Source of the DNA: an uncultured Pseudomonadales bacterium
GTDB taxonomy: Bacteria > Pseudomonadota > Gammaproteobacteria > Pseudomonadales > JAUIET01
Direction of reading: 5' to 3'
Assembly (NCBI GenBank): GCA_964544755.1
Contig: CAZJDL010000001.1
Coordinates: 5,512-69,511 of the forward strand
Length of the DNA stretch: 64,000 bases
This document shows positions 10,795 through 18,167 of the stretch, piece by piece. The notes below the pieces were generated by a model. It saw nothing but the letters and a program-made list of their open reading frames with translations. It was not told the origin of the DNA and did not search any database. Positions within the stretch are counted from its first letter, which is position 1; every line of letters begins with the position of its first letter. A program made the position numbers and the translations under genes.

Positions 10795-11613
10795 CTAGTC
10801 AGTCGGCACTGCGCGGATCGGTTTACCGGTATACTCGATATCGTCGCAGCGCAGTGGCAAGAAGGAGCCCTGCGGGCGATCGATATTATCGACGTAACAG
10901 GCTTCAATACCGGAACTCACAATCGCCGCAGAAACATTTTTTAATTGCTCGGGGCTAAAACCCTGATCCGTACCGAAGGCGGCGACGACGCCATTCATAT
11001 TCATTTGCTCGCCATACTGCGCGCTCAAATATGCTTCGATTTCTACCGCCAGCTTCTCATAGGGGCCGATAGGAAAACCCAGTTCACGCGCGTAAGCCCA
11101 TAGTATTTCCACCCGCTCGTCGCCTTTGACCAGTGGCCGGGCGAAGCCGGTGATATTGGGCCGACCTCTTCTTCGAGAGACTTCAAGCTCCACAATTTCT
11201 TTGACCGGCATTCCTTGCAGGCGCTTCGCGTAGGCGGAATGGAGGAATTCGCAGCCTTTCAAAATAGTGCCGCCGCCGTAGACTTCGGAGTAGGCTGCTT
11301 GGATACCGGCCGCTATCGCGGCTGCGTCCGGGCAATTTGCCTCCCCCCCCAGGGCGCCAATCTGGTTACACCATATTCTGGAGTCAGGCCAACTTTGAAA
11401 AATAAAAACCGCTTCTATCCAGTCGGCAATCTTTCGTTCCGGCATTTTTCCGGTCACATTTTGCACATGAATCTGCATGTAGGAATACTTCCCAATCACG
11501 CCATCCAGCAAATTAAGACCGTACGAAAACGCGCCCTTACCGAGTATCCAGCCGCCCGCGGCGCTGTAAACGTTGTTTCTGCGCTGATCCCAATAGTCGG
11601 TTTTATTCGGCAT
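10795..11613 (-). CDS. divergent citryl-CoA lyase / citrate-synthase-fold protein, paralog B
   Basis: Start set at MPNKTDYW, overlapping the stop of the upstream paralog by 11 nt. Residues line up by eye with the citrate synthase/ATP-citrate-lyase C-terminal module (ITGFARPLVKGDERV versus GFGHRVYKxxDPR; C-terminal LPLRCDDIEY versus RHPWDDISY). Confidence 0.6.
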   Translation of the reverse strand: MPNKTDYWDQRRNNVYSAAGGWILGKGAFSYGLNLLDGVIGKYSYMQIHVQNVTGKMPERKIADWIEAVFIFQSWPDSRIWCNQIGALGGEANCPDAAAIAAGIQAAYSEVYGGGTILKGCEFLHSAYAKRLQGMPVKEIVELEVSRRRGRPNITGFARPLVKGDERVEILWAYARELGFPIGPYEKLAVEIEAYLSAQYGEQMNMNGVVAAFGTDQGFSPEQLKNVSAAIVSSGIEACYVDNIDRPQGSFLPLRCDDIEYTGKPIRAVPTD

Positions 11614-12436
11614 TTTCGGTCTCGATGTGATAGTGATCATCGGCGGGAAACGGCACCGATGTGATCGGTTTGCCGACCAGTTCCATGCCATGCGCCAATA
11701 AGCCAGGCGCCGAACACAACTGGTATAGCCCCGCACCCGTCTTGGGATTAAAGCCGAGGTCACATAACACGGCGGCAAACAGCCCGGTTGGCAGCCAACC
11801 TATATTGGCGTGTCGCAGTCCAGCGACGAAACCGGCTGCCCAATGCATACACCCGCCAGCGCCCGGTAACGCCATCAGTGTGTTGGCGATTTTGCCGGTC
11901 AAGGGGTCGATACCATCAAACAAACGGCCAAAGCCGGGCACGCCTATCTCGCTACCGGGGTCAAGCCGGCTAGCCATGGTTGCGGCAAGCTGTTCCGGAT
12001 CGTCGCGGTTGTTGCGTACAATAAAGCGCATCGTCGGCAATACATCCTGCGCACCGCAATGTTCGCCGGCGAGAATTGACAGCGATATTGGCAATATCAA
12101 GGCGGGATCGGTTTTGCCAACAGCAGCTAACACTGCGGCGCGCGTCGCGGGGTGACGCGGACCCGGCGACATAAAGGCCACCATCAGGCAGCCAAACAGT
12201 TCGGCCTGTGCTTTATTTGGCAGCTCGCCGCGAAACAATAAGTAAACCGTATCCGAGAAACTACGTTTGCGTACCAGGTCAAGCAGATTGTAACCGTGGC
12301 AAAAGGCGTTTTCGGTTAAGTAGCTGTTTTCGGGATCACGTTCTTCAAGCCAGATTTTGGTCACCGTTTTTTTGGTGAAGGACTCGTCGCGTCGTTGAAT
12401 TTTCCGGGCTGGTGGTGCGTCGGCTTCGCTACTCAC
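11603..12436 (-). CDS. divergent citryl-CoA lyase / citrate-synthase-fold protein, paralog A
   Basis: GTG start with GGAG 8 nt upstream. Shows the HGYNLLDL...YLLFRGELP motif typical of citrate synthase N-terminal regions, then LMVAFMSPGPRHPAT, LAGEHCGAQD, VPGFGRLFDGIDPL and APGLLAHGMEL, in the same order as the ACLY/CCL motifs. Confidence 0.6.
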   Translation of the reverse strand: MSSEADAPPARKIQRRDESFTKKTVTKIWLEERDPENSYLTENAFCHGYNLLDLVRKRSFSDTVYLLFRGELPNKAQAELFGCLMVAFMSPGPRHPATRAAVLAAVGKTDPALILPISLSILAGEHCGAQDVLPTMRFIVRNNRDDPEQLAATMASRLDPGSEIGVPGFGRLFDGIDPLTGKIANTLMALPGAGGCMHWAAGFVAGLRHANIGWLPTGLFAAVLCDLGFNPKTGAGLYQLCSAPGLLAHGMELVGKPITSVPFPADDHYHIETENAE

Positions 12437-12455
12437 AACGGTTGCTCCTGAAGAG

Positions 12456-14663
12456 TTATTGGTTCAGACGGTAACTGAACTCGGCGAATATCGCTCTGCC
12501 TTCAAGACGGTAATCACCAGGTATTTCTTCGACCGGGGCGGCACTGGTAGCACCCCTGCTGGGCGCGAAGGCGTCTTTATCAAACACGTTGCGCGCCACG
12601 ATAGCGAATTCCAGGTTCTTGAACAATTTCTTACGGCGTAAAACTACATCAACAAGCGCATAGTCATCAACATCATCGCGCTGGTCCGATGCCGCTCTAT
12701 CTCTATCGGCCACCCAATTCGCGGTGGTACTTAAACTCCAGTCTGGCAGAAAATTCCAGGTCGCGGCCAGATACAACTGCCAGCCCGGCGCGTCTGCCAC
12801 GTGGTCACTGGTTGACCTATCTTCGCTGTGTTGCCACGCATAGTTGCCATCCAAAGAAAGAGAGTCGCTGGCTTTCCAGGAGTATTCAACTTCAAAACCA
12901 TAACCGTCCTGGTCAACTGCATTTTTGGCTTGCAGTACCCCACCCGCTGTTGCAGGCGCTACAAAACGGATCAAGTCCCGCATCCGGTAGGTAAACAGGT
13001 TGAGCTTGATATTCGATGTTGGCGTTGGCAGATAATCGAAGGCAAGTTCGATCGTGTCGATCATTTCGGGGTCTATGTTTTCATCACCGTGCAATACCGG
13101 GTTGGTTTCCGATAGTTCCAGAAAAGAGGGTGCCCGAAACGCCCGGCCGTACAGTAACTTCGAACTCAGGTTATAGCTGGTCGCCCACACCAGGGCCAGC
13201 CGCGGGTTGATTGTGCTGCCAAAGTCAGAATAGTCGTCGAAGCGCACACCGGCGGTAAGGCGCCAGTCATTGGCCAGCGCCCATTCGTCCTGCAAGGATG
13301 CGAACAAAATATTACGCTCACTGTCCTCGACAAACACGCTTTCGAAATTGGACGTATCAGTCAACGTACCATCGACGCTGGTTTCGTTCCCGTCGAGCAC
13401 GCCGGGGCCAAAATTTCTGGTTTCTTTCGGATCGCCTTCCTGGCGCTGGAAGCCCGCGGAAAACCGCAGTTTATGTTTGTCCCAGCCGGAATAATAAGTG
13501 ACAAGCTCTGCTGTGTGCTTTTGTTCCTCCCCACCGGGGTTACCTAAAACGCCATCCGGAAACGCCACCACTCGGGAAGCAGGAGGAAGTGAGGTGGTTA
13601 AACTCCCCGTCTCGTTATCAATCAAGGCAAGCGTTCCAGCCGGCAATAAGGTGTATTTGTTATCTGAGTCGAACAGGCTCAATGAGAGGCTCGTTTCATA
13701 ACGCCAATTTTCCGACAGCTCGTCATTGTAGGCCAGCGAAAAAAGATAATAATCGCCGTTTAGCTCACCGCCGGGATCGAGCGCATGCAAAACGCCATCG
13801 CCGACTCCCGTATCGTTTTGAACCCACGCCAGGAATGACGTTTTCCAGTGTTCGTTGTTTAATGCGATGCGGGCATTCAAAATATCGTAGCGCGTAGCAA
13901 GAGGGCCAGGCGCGTTGGAGGCATTGATGCCAAAAGCGCTGTCCCCGAGTGTTTGCAGGTCTGCATCAACAATACGATCGTCATCGCCGTTGCTTTTTGC
14001 ATATTCCAGGCTGGTGGAGAACTGCCATGTATCACCCACTGCGCCGCCAGCTTGTAGCCAGTAATCTTGCTTGTCGAATGACCCATAGCGTACGCCGGCT
14101 TCAATACCGTCGATGTCCGAAGGGCTTTTTGAGATGACATTGATGACCCCGGCAAACGCGTCGGCGCCAAAAACGGCCGAGCCGGGGCCGCGGATGATCT
14201 CGATGCGCTTGATATTTTGCACCGGCATGGTAAATCCGGTCGGCAGGCCACCGTTGAAGACTTGCCGGAGTGGAACACCGTCGATCAACAGCAAAACCTG
14301 CGGGTTTTGCGCCGTATGAATGCCACGAATGGAATAAACCGAACTGAGTACGTTATTGCTGGAGAGTGACACATGCAAGCCCGGCACCATTTCCAGCGCC
14401 TCTTGCAAATTGGTTGCGCCGCGATTGCGAATGTCGGCCTCGCTAACGACGCTGGCGATAGATGGCGCCAACCTGATCGACTGCTCCGTGCCGGTGGAGA
14501 TGCTGATCGTCTCGTCGTCGCCGTACAGCTCCAGCAAATCGTCTTCGTCAAAATCCGAGTATGCGTGAGCAGGCACAAGGCCGAACAACGCAACAATTCC
14601 CGTTAGCAGGATTTCACGGGTACGCTTGCCGACCGGCAATTGATCATAAAATGAGCGACTCAT
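12456..14663 (-). CDS. TonB-dependent outer-membrane receptor
   Basis: Signal peptide, TonB-box-like DETISISTG, plug domain (IEIIRGPGSAVFGADAFAGVINVISK) and a long beta-barrel. It lies 19 nt upstream of paralog A. Confidence 0.88.
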   Translation of the reverse strand: MSRSFYDQLPVGKRTREILLTGIVALFGLVPAHAYSDFDEDDLLELYGDDETISISTGTEQSIRLAPSIASVVSEADIRNRGATNLQEALEMVPGLHVSLSSNNVLSSVYSIRGIHTAQNPQVLLLIDGVPLRQVFNGGLPTGFTMPVQNIKRIEIIRGPGSAVFGADAFAGVINVISKSPSDIDGIEAGVRYGSFDKQDYWLQAGGAVGDTWQFSTSLEYAKSNGDDDRIVDADLQTLGDSAFGINASNAPGPLATRYDILNARIALNNEHWKTSFLAWVQNDTGVGDGVLHALDPGGELNGDYYLFSLAYNDELSENWRYETSLSLSLFDSDNKYTLLPAGTLALIDNETGSLTTSLPPASRVVAFPDGVLGNPGGEEQKHTAELVTYYSGWDKHKLRFSAGFQRQEGDPKETRNFGPGVLDGNETSVDGTLTDTSNFESVFVEDSERNILFASLQDEWALANDWRLTAGVRFDDYSDFGSTINPRLALVWATSYNLSSKLLYGRAFRAPSFLELSETNPVLHGDENIDPEMIDTIELAFDYLPTPTSNIKLNLFTYRMRDLIRFVAPATAGGVLQAKNAVDQDGYGFEVEYSWKASDSLSLDGNYAWQHSEDRSTSDHVADAPGWQLYLAATWNFLPDWSLSTTANWVADRDRAASDQRDDVDDYALVDVVLRRKKLFKNLEFAIVARNVFDKDAFAPSRGATSAAPVEEIPGDYRLEGRAIFAEFSYRLNQ

Positions 14664-14791
14664 TGTTGCTTGTTATCACCCCCGTGACGCATCATTTTTT
14701 ACGATAGCGAGCTACTGGGAAAACCAGGTACTCTTTTCAAGAGAGTATAAATATAGTCGATATTCTACAATTTGCTTATAAAGACGAGTTT

Positions 14792-16669
14792 TTAGTGCAT
14801 TTTTTGCAATACTCTGAGCCGTTCCCCCATCGGTGGCGCTTCCTCAGGGTCGATATAAACGTCTATAACGCTTGGCTTGCTCGATTTTAACAAGGCGCAG
14901 AAATCGATTTGGCCCAGGTCATCGGGAGTTTTGACGCGAATGCCGTTTGCTCCCATCGCAATGGCCACCGCCGCAAAATCAATCGCCGGCAGGTACTGCC
15001 CGACCTGCTCACCGCCGCCAAGCCGCTGCCCGTGTTTGACCATACCGAGTGATTGATCATTCAACACGATGAATAGCACCGGCAAGTTGTGCTCAACGGC
15101 AACCGTCAGCTCCTGGCCGCTCATCAACATGCTGCCATCGCCGGTGATACACACGGTCGGCGCCTTGCGGCTGCCTAACGAGGTACCTACGCTGGCGCCA
15201 ATCGCCCAGGCCATCGAACCGTAACCCATTGCGGTACGCACGGTGCCGACAAATTTACGTTGCAGATAATGCAGCCCCCAACACCACGCATTACCCGCGT
15301 CCAGCAGAAACCGGGTGTGGTTCGGCAAGACATGGGCCAAATCGTACATCAAACGTTGTGGTTTAAGCGGCACGGCAGCGGATAAGCACAGCTCGGCTTT
15401 GTCATAGGTAAGTTGCGTAGGTAGCAGGTCGGGCGCTAACTTCACCAGCCCTTTAGCTGCAGGCGGCGTTTCGTCAACGGCATGCAATAGCACCGTGGTG
15501 GGTTTGTGTCGCGGTACAACCCGCAGCAATTTACCAAACACCGCCTTGAGATTGCCGAACACGTGCAAATAGGCCATCGGCGACTGCATGAAGTTTTCGG
15601 CACAGCTTTCGACATGGATGAGCCTGTCGTTCAGGATAACGTTGTCCCAACCCGCCGTTGCAATCTCACTCAGCCCGGTGCCTATGGCGATAACGTTCGC
15701 GACGTCGGATCGTTCCAGGGCGGCGCGCGCGCTGGCATGTCCCGCCAAGCCAAAAACGCCGCGGTACTGCGGATGATAAGCATTGACCCATTGCTTGCCG
15801 CCAGGTGTCGCAACGATTAATGCGTTAACCGCTTCGGCGAGTTGAATAATTTCATCGATCGCTTCGCCGCAGCTTTCGCCGATGAGAAACACCGGCCGCT
15901 GCCGCGCGCGCATGGCATTTAACAAGTCTGTTTCCAGTTGCGCGACCGCCCGCTGGTCGATAACCGGCGGCGAGCGCAGCTGAGTCGCAACGTTAAAGAA
16001 GGTGGGCACAGCAACGATCGACCCTTTAAGGATATCTAACGGGATGCTCAAATGCACCGGCCCGCGCGGCTGGCTGAAGGCGCTGATCAACGCGCTGACC
16101 AGCTTGCTTTCCAACTGCGAGGGATGCGACACCAGCGAATTGTAGCGCGTACAGTGCTCGAACATACCCACCACATCGATGGCATCGCTGGACGACTCCT
16201 GCAACCCCAGCCGGCCAAAATTGGGTAAAGCGATTTGCGGCGTGATCACCAACATCGGAATGTGATCGGCATAGGCCGATGCGACACCGGTCAACAAGTT
16301 GGTGCTTCCTGGGCCCGTGGTCGCGCAGCAAACCGCGAGCTTACCGGTTTCACGCGAGTAGCCGTCGGCCATAAAGGCAGCACCGGCTTCATGGCGTGCG
16401 AAAACGGGCGTCGGCCCATGCCGCGAGCGCTTGCTTTTGCGCGCCAGTGCCCGCTGACCATAATTGATCGTGGCCAACCCGGCACCGCGTTGCTTCCTGG
16501 CTATCGCATCAAAAAACGGTTCTATCGCCCCACCTTGAATACCAAAAACATACTCCACACCTATTTGCGCGAGGTACTCGACGATAAGGTCAGAGTAGGT
16601 GTGATTGGTGGCCGCAACGGGGTTTTGCTGAAGTGCATTTTGCAAAGCTTCTACTACATTATCAGTCAT
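14792..16669 (-). CDS. thiamine-diphosphate-dependent enzyme, acetolactate synthase large-subunit-like
   Basis: PYR domain with the catalytic-Glu motif RHEAG, GPGSTNL, and the ThDP-binding GDGS...NDQ motif. GGAG lies 8 nt upstream of the ATG. No ALS small subunit is adjacent. Confidence 0.85.
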   Translation of the reverse strand: MTDNVVEALQNALQQNPVAATNHTYSDLIVEYLAQIGVEYVFGIQGGAIEPFFDAIARKQRGAGLATINYGQRALARKSKRSRHGPTPVFARHEAGAAFMADGYSRETGKLAVCCATTGPGSTNLLTGVASAYADHIPMLVITPQIALPNFGRLGLQESSSDAIDVVGMFEHCTRYNSLVSHPSQLESKLVSALISAFSQPRGPVHLSIPLDILKGSIVAVPTFFNVATQLRSPPVIDQRAVAQLETDLLNAMRARQRPVFLIGESCGEAIDEIIQLAEAVNALIVATPGGKQWVNAYHPQYRGVFGLAGHASARAALERSDVANVIAIGTGLSEIATAGWDNVILNDRLIHVESCAENFMQSPMAYLHVFGNLKAVFGKLLRVVPRHKPTTVLLHAVDETPPAAKGLVKLAPDLLPTQLTYDKAELCLSAAVPLKPQRLMYDLAHVLPNHTRFLLDAGNAWCWGLHYLQRKFVGTVRTAMGYGSMAWAIGASVGTSLGSRKAPTVCITGDGSMLMSGQELTVAVEHNLPVLFIVLNDQSLGMVKHGQRLGGGEQVGQYLPAIDFAAVAIAMGANGIRVKTPDDLGQIDFCALLKSSKPSVIDVYIDPEEAPPMGERLRVLQKMH

Positions 16670-16689
16670 TGGCTGCTCCAGGTAAAAAG

Positions 16690-16723
16690 CTAGTGTGCAG
16701 TTTATTCGTTACAGTGCACTAGG
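16690..16723. repeat. 34-bp inverted repeat, right copy (CTAGTGTGCAGTTTATTCGTTACAGTGCACTAGG)
   Basis: It is the exact reverse complement of 10748-10781 and lies 21 nt upstream of the ThDP-enzyme start codon, next to its Shine-Dalgarno sequence. Confidence 0.95.
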
Positions 16724-17138
16724 GCCTGCTAACACTATTTTCATCATTATTGCCGGAGACCATTTTTCGGCCACCCAGGCAGAAGGAGCGAGCTGTAGTG
16801 ACTCTACATAAGCGATTGATAACGCCGCTGGGCGAGAAATGGTTCCGCCCCTGCGGATTGCGCCTGCTGCTTCTTATCCTCGCCAGCGGCATGCCGCAAG
16901 CTGGCTTATTCTTTTCGTTTAAAATTAATTTTTGGTGACAAACTGCGGCGTGGCCACAACAAGGGCGAGCATGGTATCGTTCGCATTTAGAATAGTCACT
17001 TCGTATCACTAAAGTTTAACAAGATTAAACAATCTACAAGATGGCGGCTAAAAACCATACAAGACAGTCGGCAAGCGCGGAATGCCGAAGTTTTTCACCC
17101 TCAGAATGAGGTAAGTCCCGGATTATTGGCTAGACTGT

Positions 17139-18167
17139 ATGGATACTTTTGTCGTGATGTGCCATCGCGCAGAACCTCCGGCCCCAGGAAAAGCGTTGTT
17201 TGTGAATTGCTTTTGTTCACGCCTTACTCGCATCGTTAAGCATTTAACGTGGTGGAGGCTGCTGTGCTGCGCTTTGTTTTTTGCGTTGACGCAACCTGCG
17301 TTTGCCGCACCGCTGAAATTCGCCGTTGTTGTGCCTGAAACCGCAAGCAAAGCGCAGGTCATTTATGACGAAATCGTACAGGGCCTACGCAGCGCGGAAA
17401 ATGTTGAGCTAACGCTTTACCGGCTCAGCAGCGCCGCGAAGCGCGACGAAGCGGCAGTGCACAAATGGTTAAGCGGGCAAAACGCGAATGCCGTAATCAG
17501 CATCGGCAGGAACGCACATAACCTGGTAAAAAACTTCGCCACTGATATACCGCTTATCGCCGGCGGAATATCCATTTCGCCAAACCACACCTCTGGCGTC
17601 AGCCTGACCGGCGATCCACAGGAGTTTTTCAAAAACCTGGTGCGAATTGCACCCAAGGTCGAACGGATTTTTCTGATTTACAACAATGCGATCAATGGCT
17701 GGTGGGTAGATTCAGCACGCGCCGCCGCCAGTGAACACAACATAGATCTGCAAGCTTTGCAGGCGGAAGACGTAAAGTCAGGCGCCAAATTGTATCAGCG
17801 CGTATTGAACGGCGCGCGTTCGGGAAAGGACGCCATATGGATTCCGTTAGTCAGTATTGTACCGTCAAAAACAGTACTGCCAATGGTACTGAGGAAGGCA
17901 TGGGAAAAAAACCTCGTGGTATTTACCAATAGCGCGGCCCATGCCCGACAAGGCGCTTTATTCTCGATGTATCCCGACAATGTGGCACTGGGTGAACAGT
18001 TGATAGAGCTGGCCATCGAGCAAACGACAACCAGCGGCGCCAACGTCAGGGTGGCGCCGGTCAAAAAATTGAAAACGGCTTTCAACTTACGCACGGCGTC
18101 CCACCTGGGACTGAAATATTCGTTACGGCGGGGCGGTGGTTTTGACCGAATTTATTCAGCACAGTAA
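17139..18167 (+). CDS. periplasmic ABC-type substrate-binding-like protein (likely sensor partner); start uncertain
   Basis: Signal peptide (WWRLLCCALFFALTQPAFA/AP) followed by a binding-protein-like fold. It overlaps the downstream histidine kinase gene by 32 nt. The true start may be an internal GTG or TTG. Confidence 0.55.
   Translation: MDTFVVMCHRAEPPAPGKALFVNCFCSRLTRIVKHLTWWRLLCCALFFALTQPAFAAPLKFAVVVPETASKAQVIYDEIVQGLRSAENVELTLYRLSSAAKRDEAAVHKWLSGQNANAVISIGRNAHNLVKNFATDIPLIAGGISISPNHTSGVSLTGDPQEFFKNLVRIAPKVERIFLIYNNAINGWWVDSARAAASEHNIDLQALQAEDVKSGAKLYQRVLNGARSGKDAIWIPLVSIVPSKTVLPMVLRKAWEKNLVVFTNSAAHARQGALFSMYPDNVALGEQLIELAIEQTTTSGANVRVAPVKKLKTAFNLRTASHLGLKYSLRRGGGFDRIYSAQ

Noticed and set aside
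10795-11778. Long N-terminal extensions of several track ORFs: CS-fold paralog B to 11778, bioB to 2455, comF from 2336, aroB to 32300, rpmE to 42473 and modC from 4664.
   Set aside because: The extensions overlap neighbouring genes or have non-coding-like composition. Internal starts align with the conserved N-termini of the families and have ribosome-binding sites or stop/start overlaps.
14664-14700. A Fur-box-like sequence (GATAACAAGCAACAATGAG) at the start of the island TonB-dependent receptor.
   Set aside because: Only about half of the 19-bp Fur consensus positions match and the dyad symmetry is poor, so this does not support a call of iron regulation.
10739-16735. Possible target-site duplication flanking the 34-bp repeats (CTGTTAA left of 10748 and CTGCTAA right of 16723).
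   Set aside because: The match is imperfect (6 of 7), and the two heptamers are offset differently from the repeat ends (1 nt versus 2 nt). The left copy is also part of the coding end and stop of the GGDEF-EAL gene. This is compatible with chance.
16752-16761. GCCGGAGACC resembles the core of the cobalamin riboswitch B12 box.
   Set aside because: Only 9-10 nt match, and the flanking consensus positions and the other conserved B12-element blocks are absent. The position, at the 5' end of any + strand leader, is also wrong for a B12 box.
16719-17009. A 96-aa minus-strand ORF and a 62-aa plus-strand ORF (16750-16938) in the divergent region next to the island.
   Set aside because: Their Cys/Arg-rich or low-complexity translations look non-coding. 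They use non-ATG starts without a Shine-Dalgarno sequence, and the minus-strand ORF reads into the repeat. A small protein cannot be excluded without ribosome profiling.
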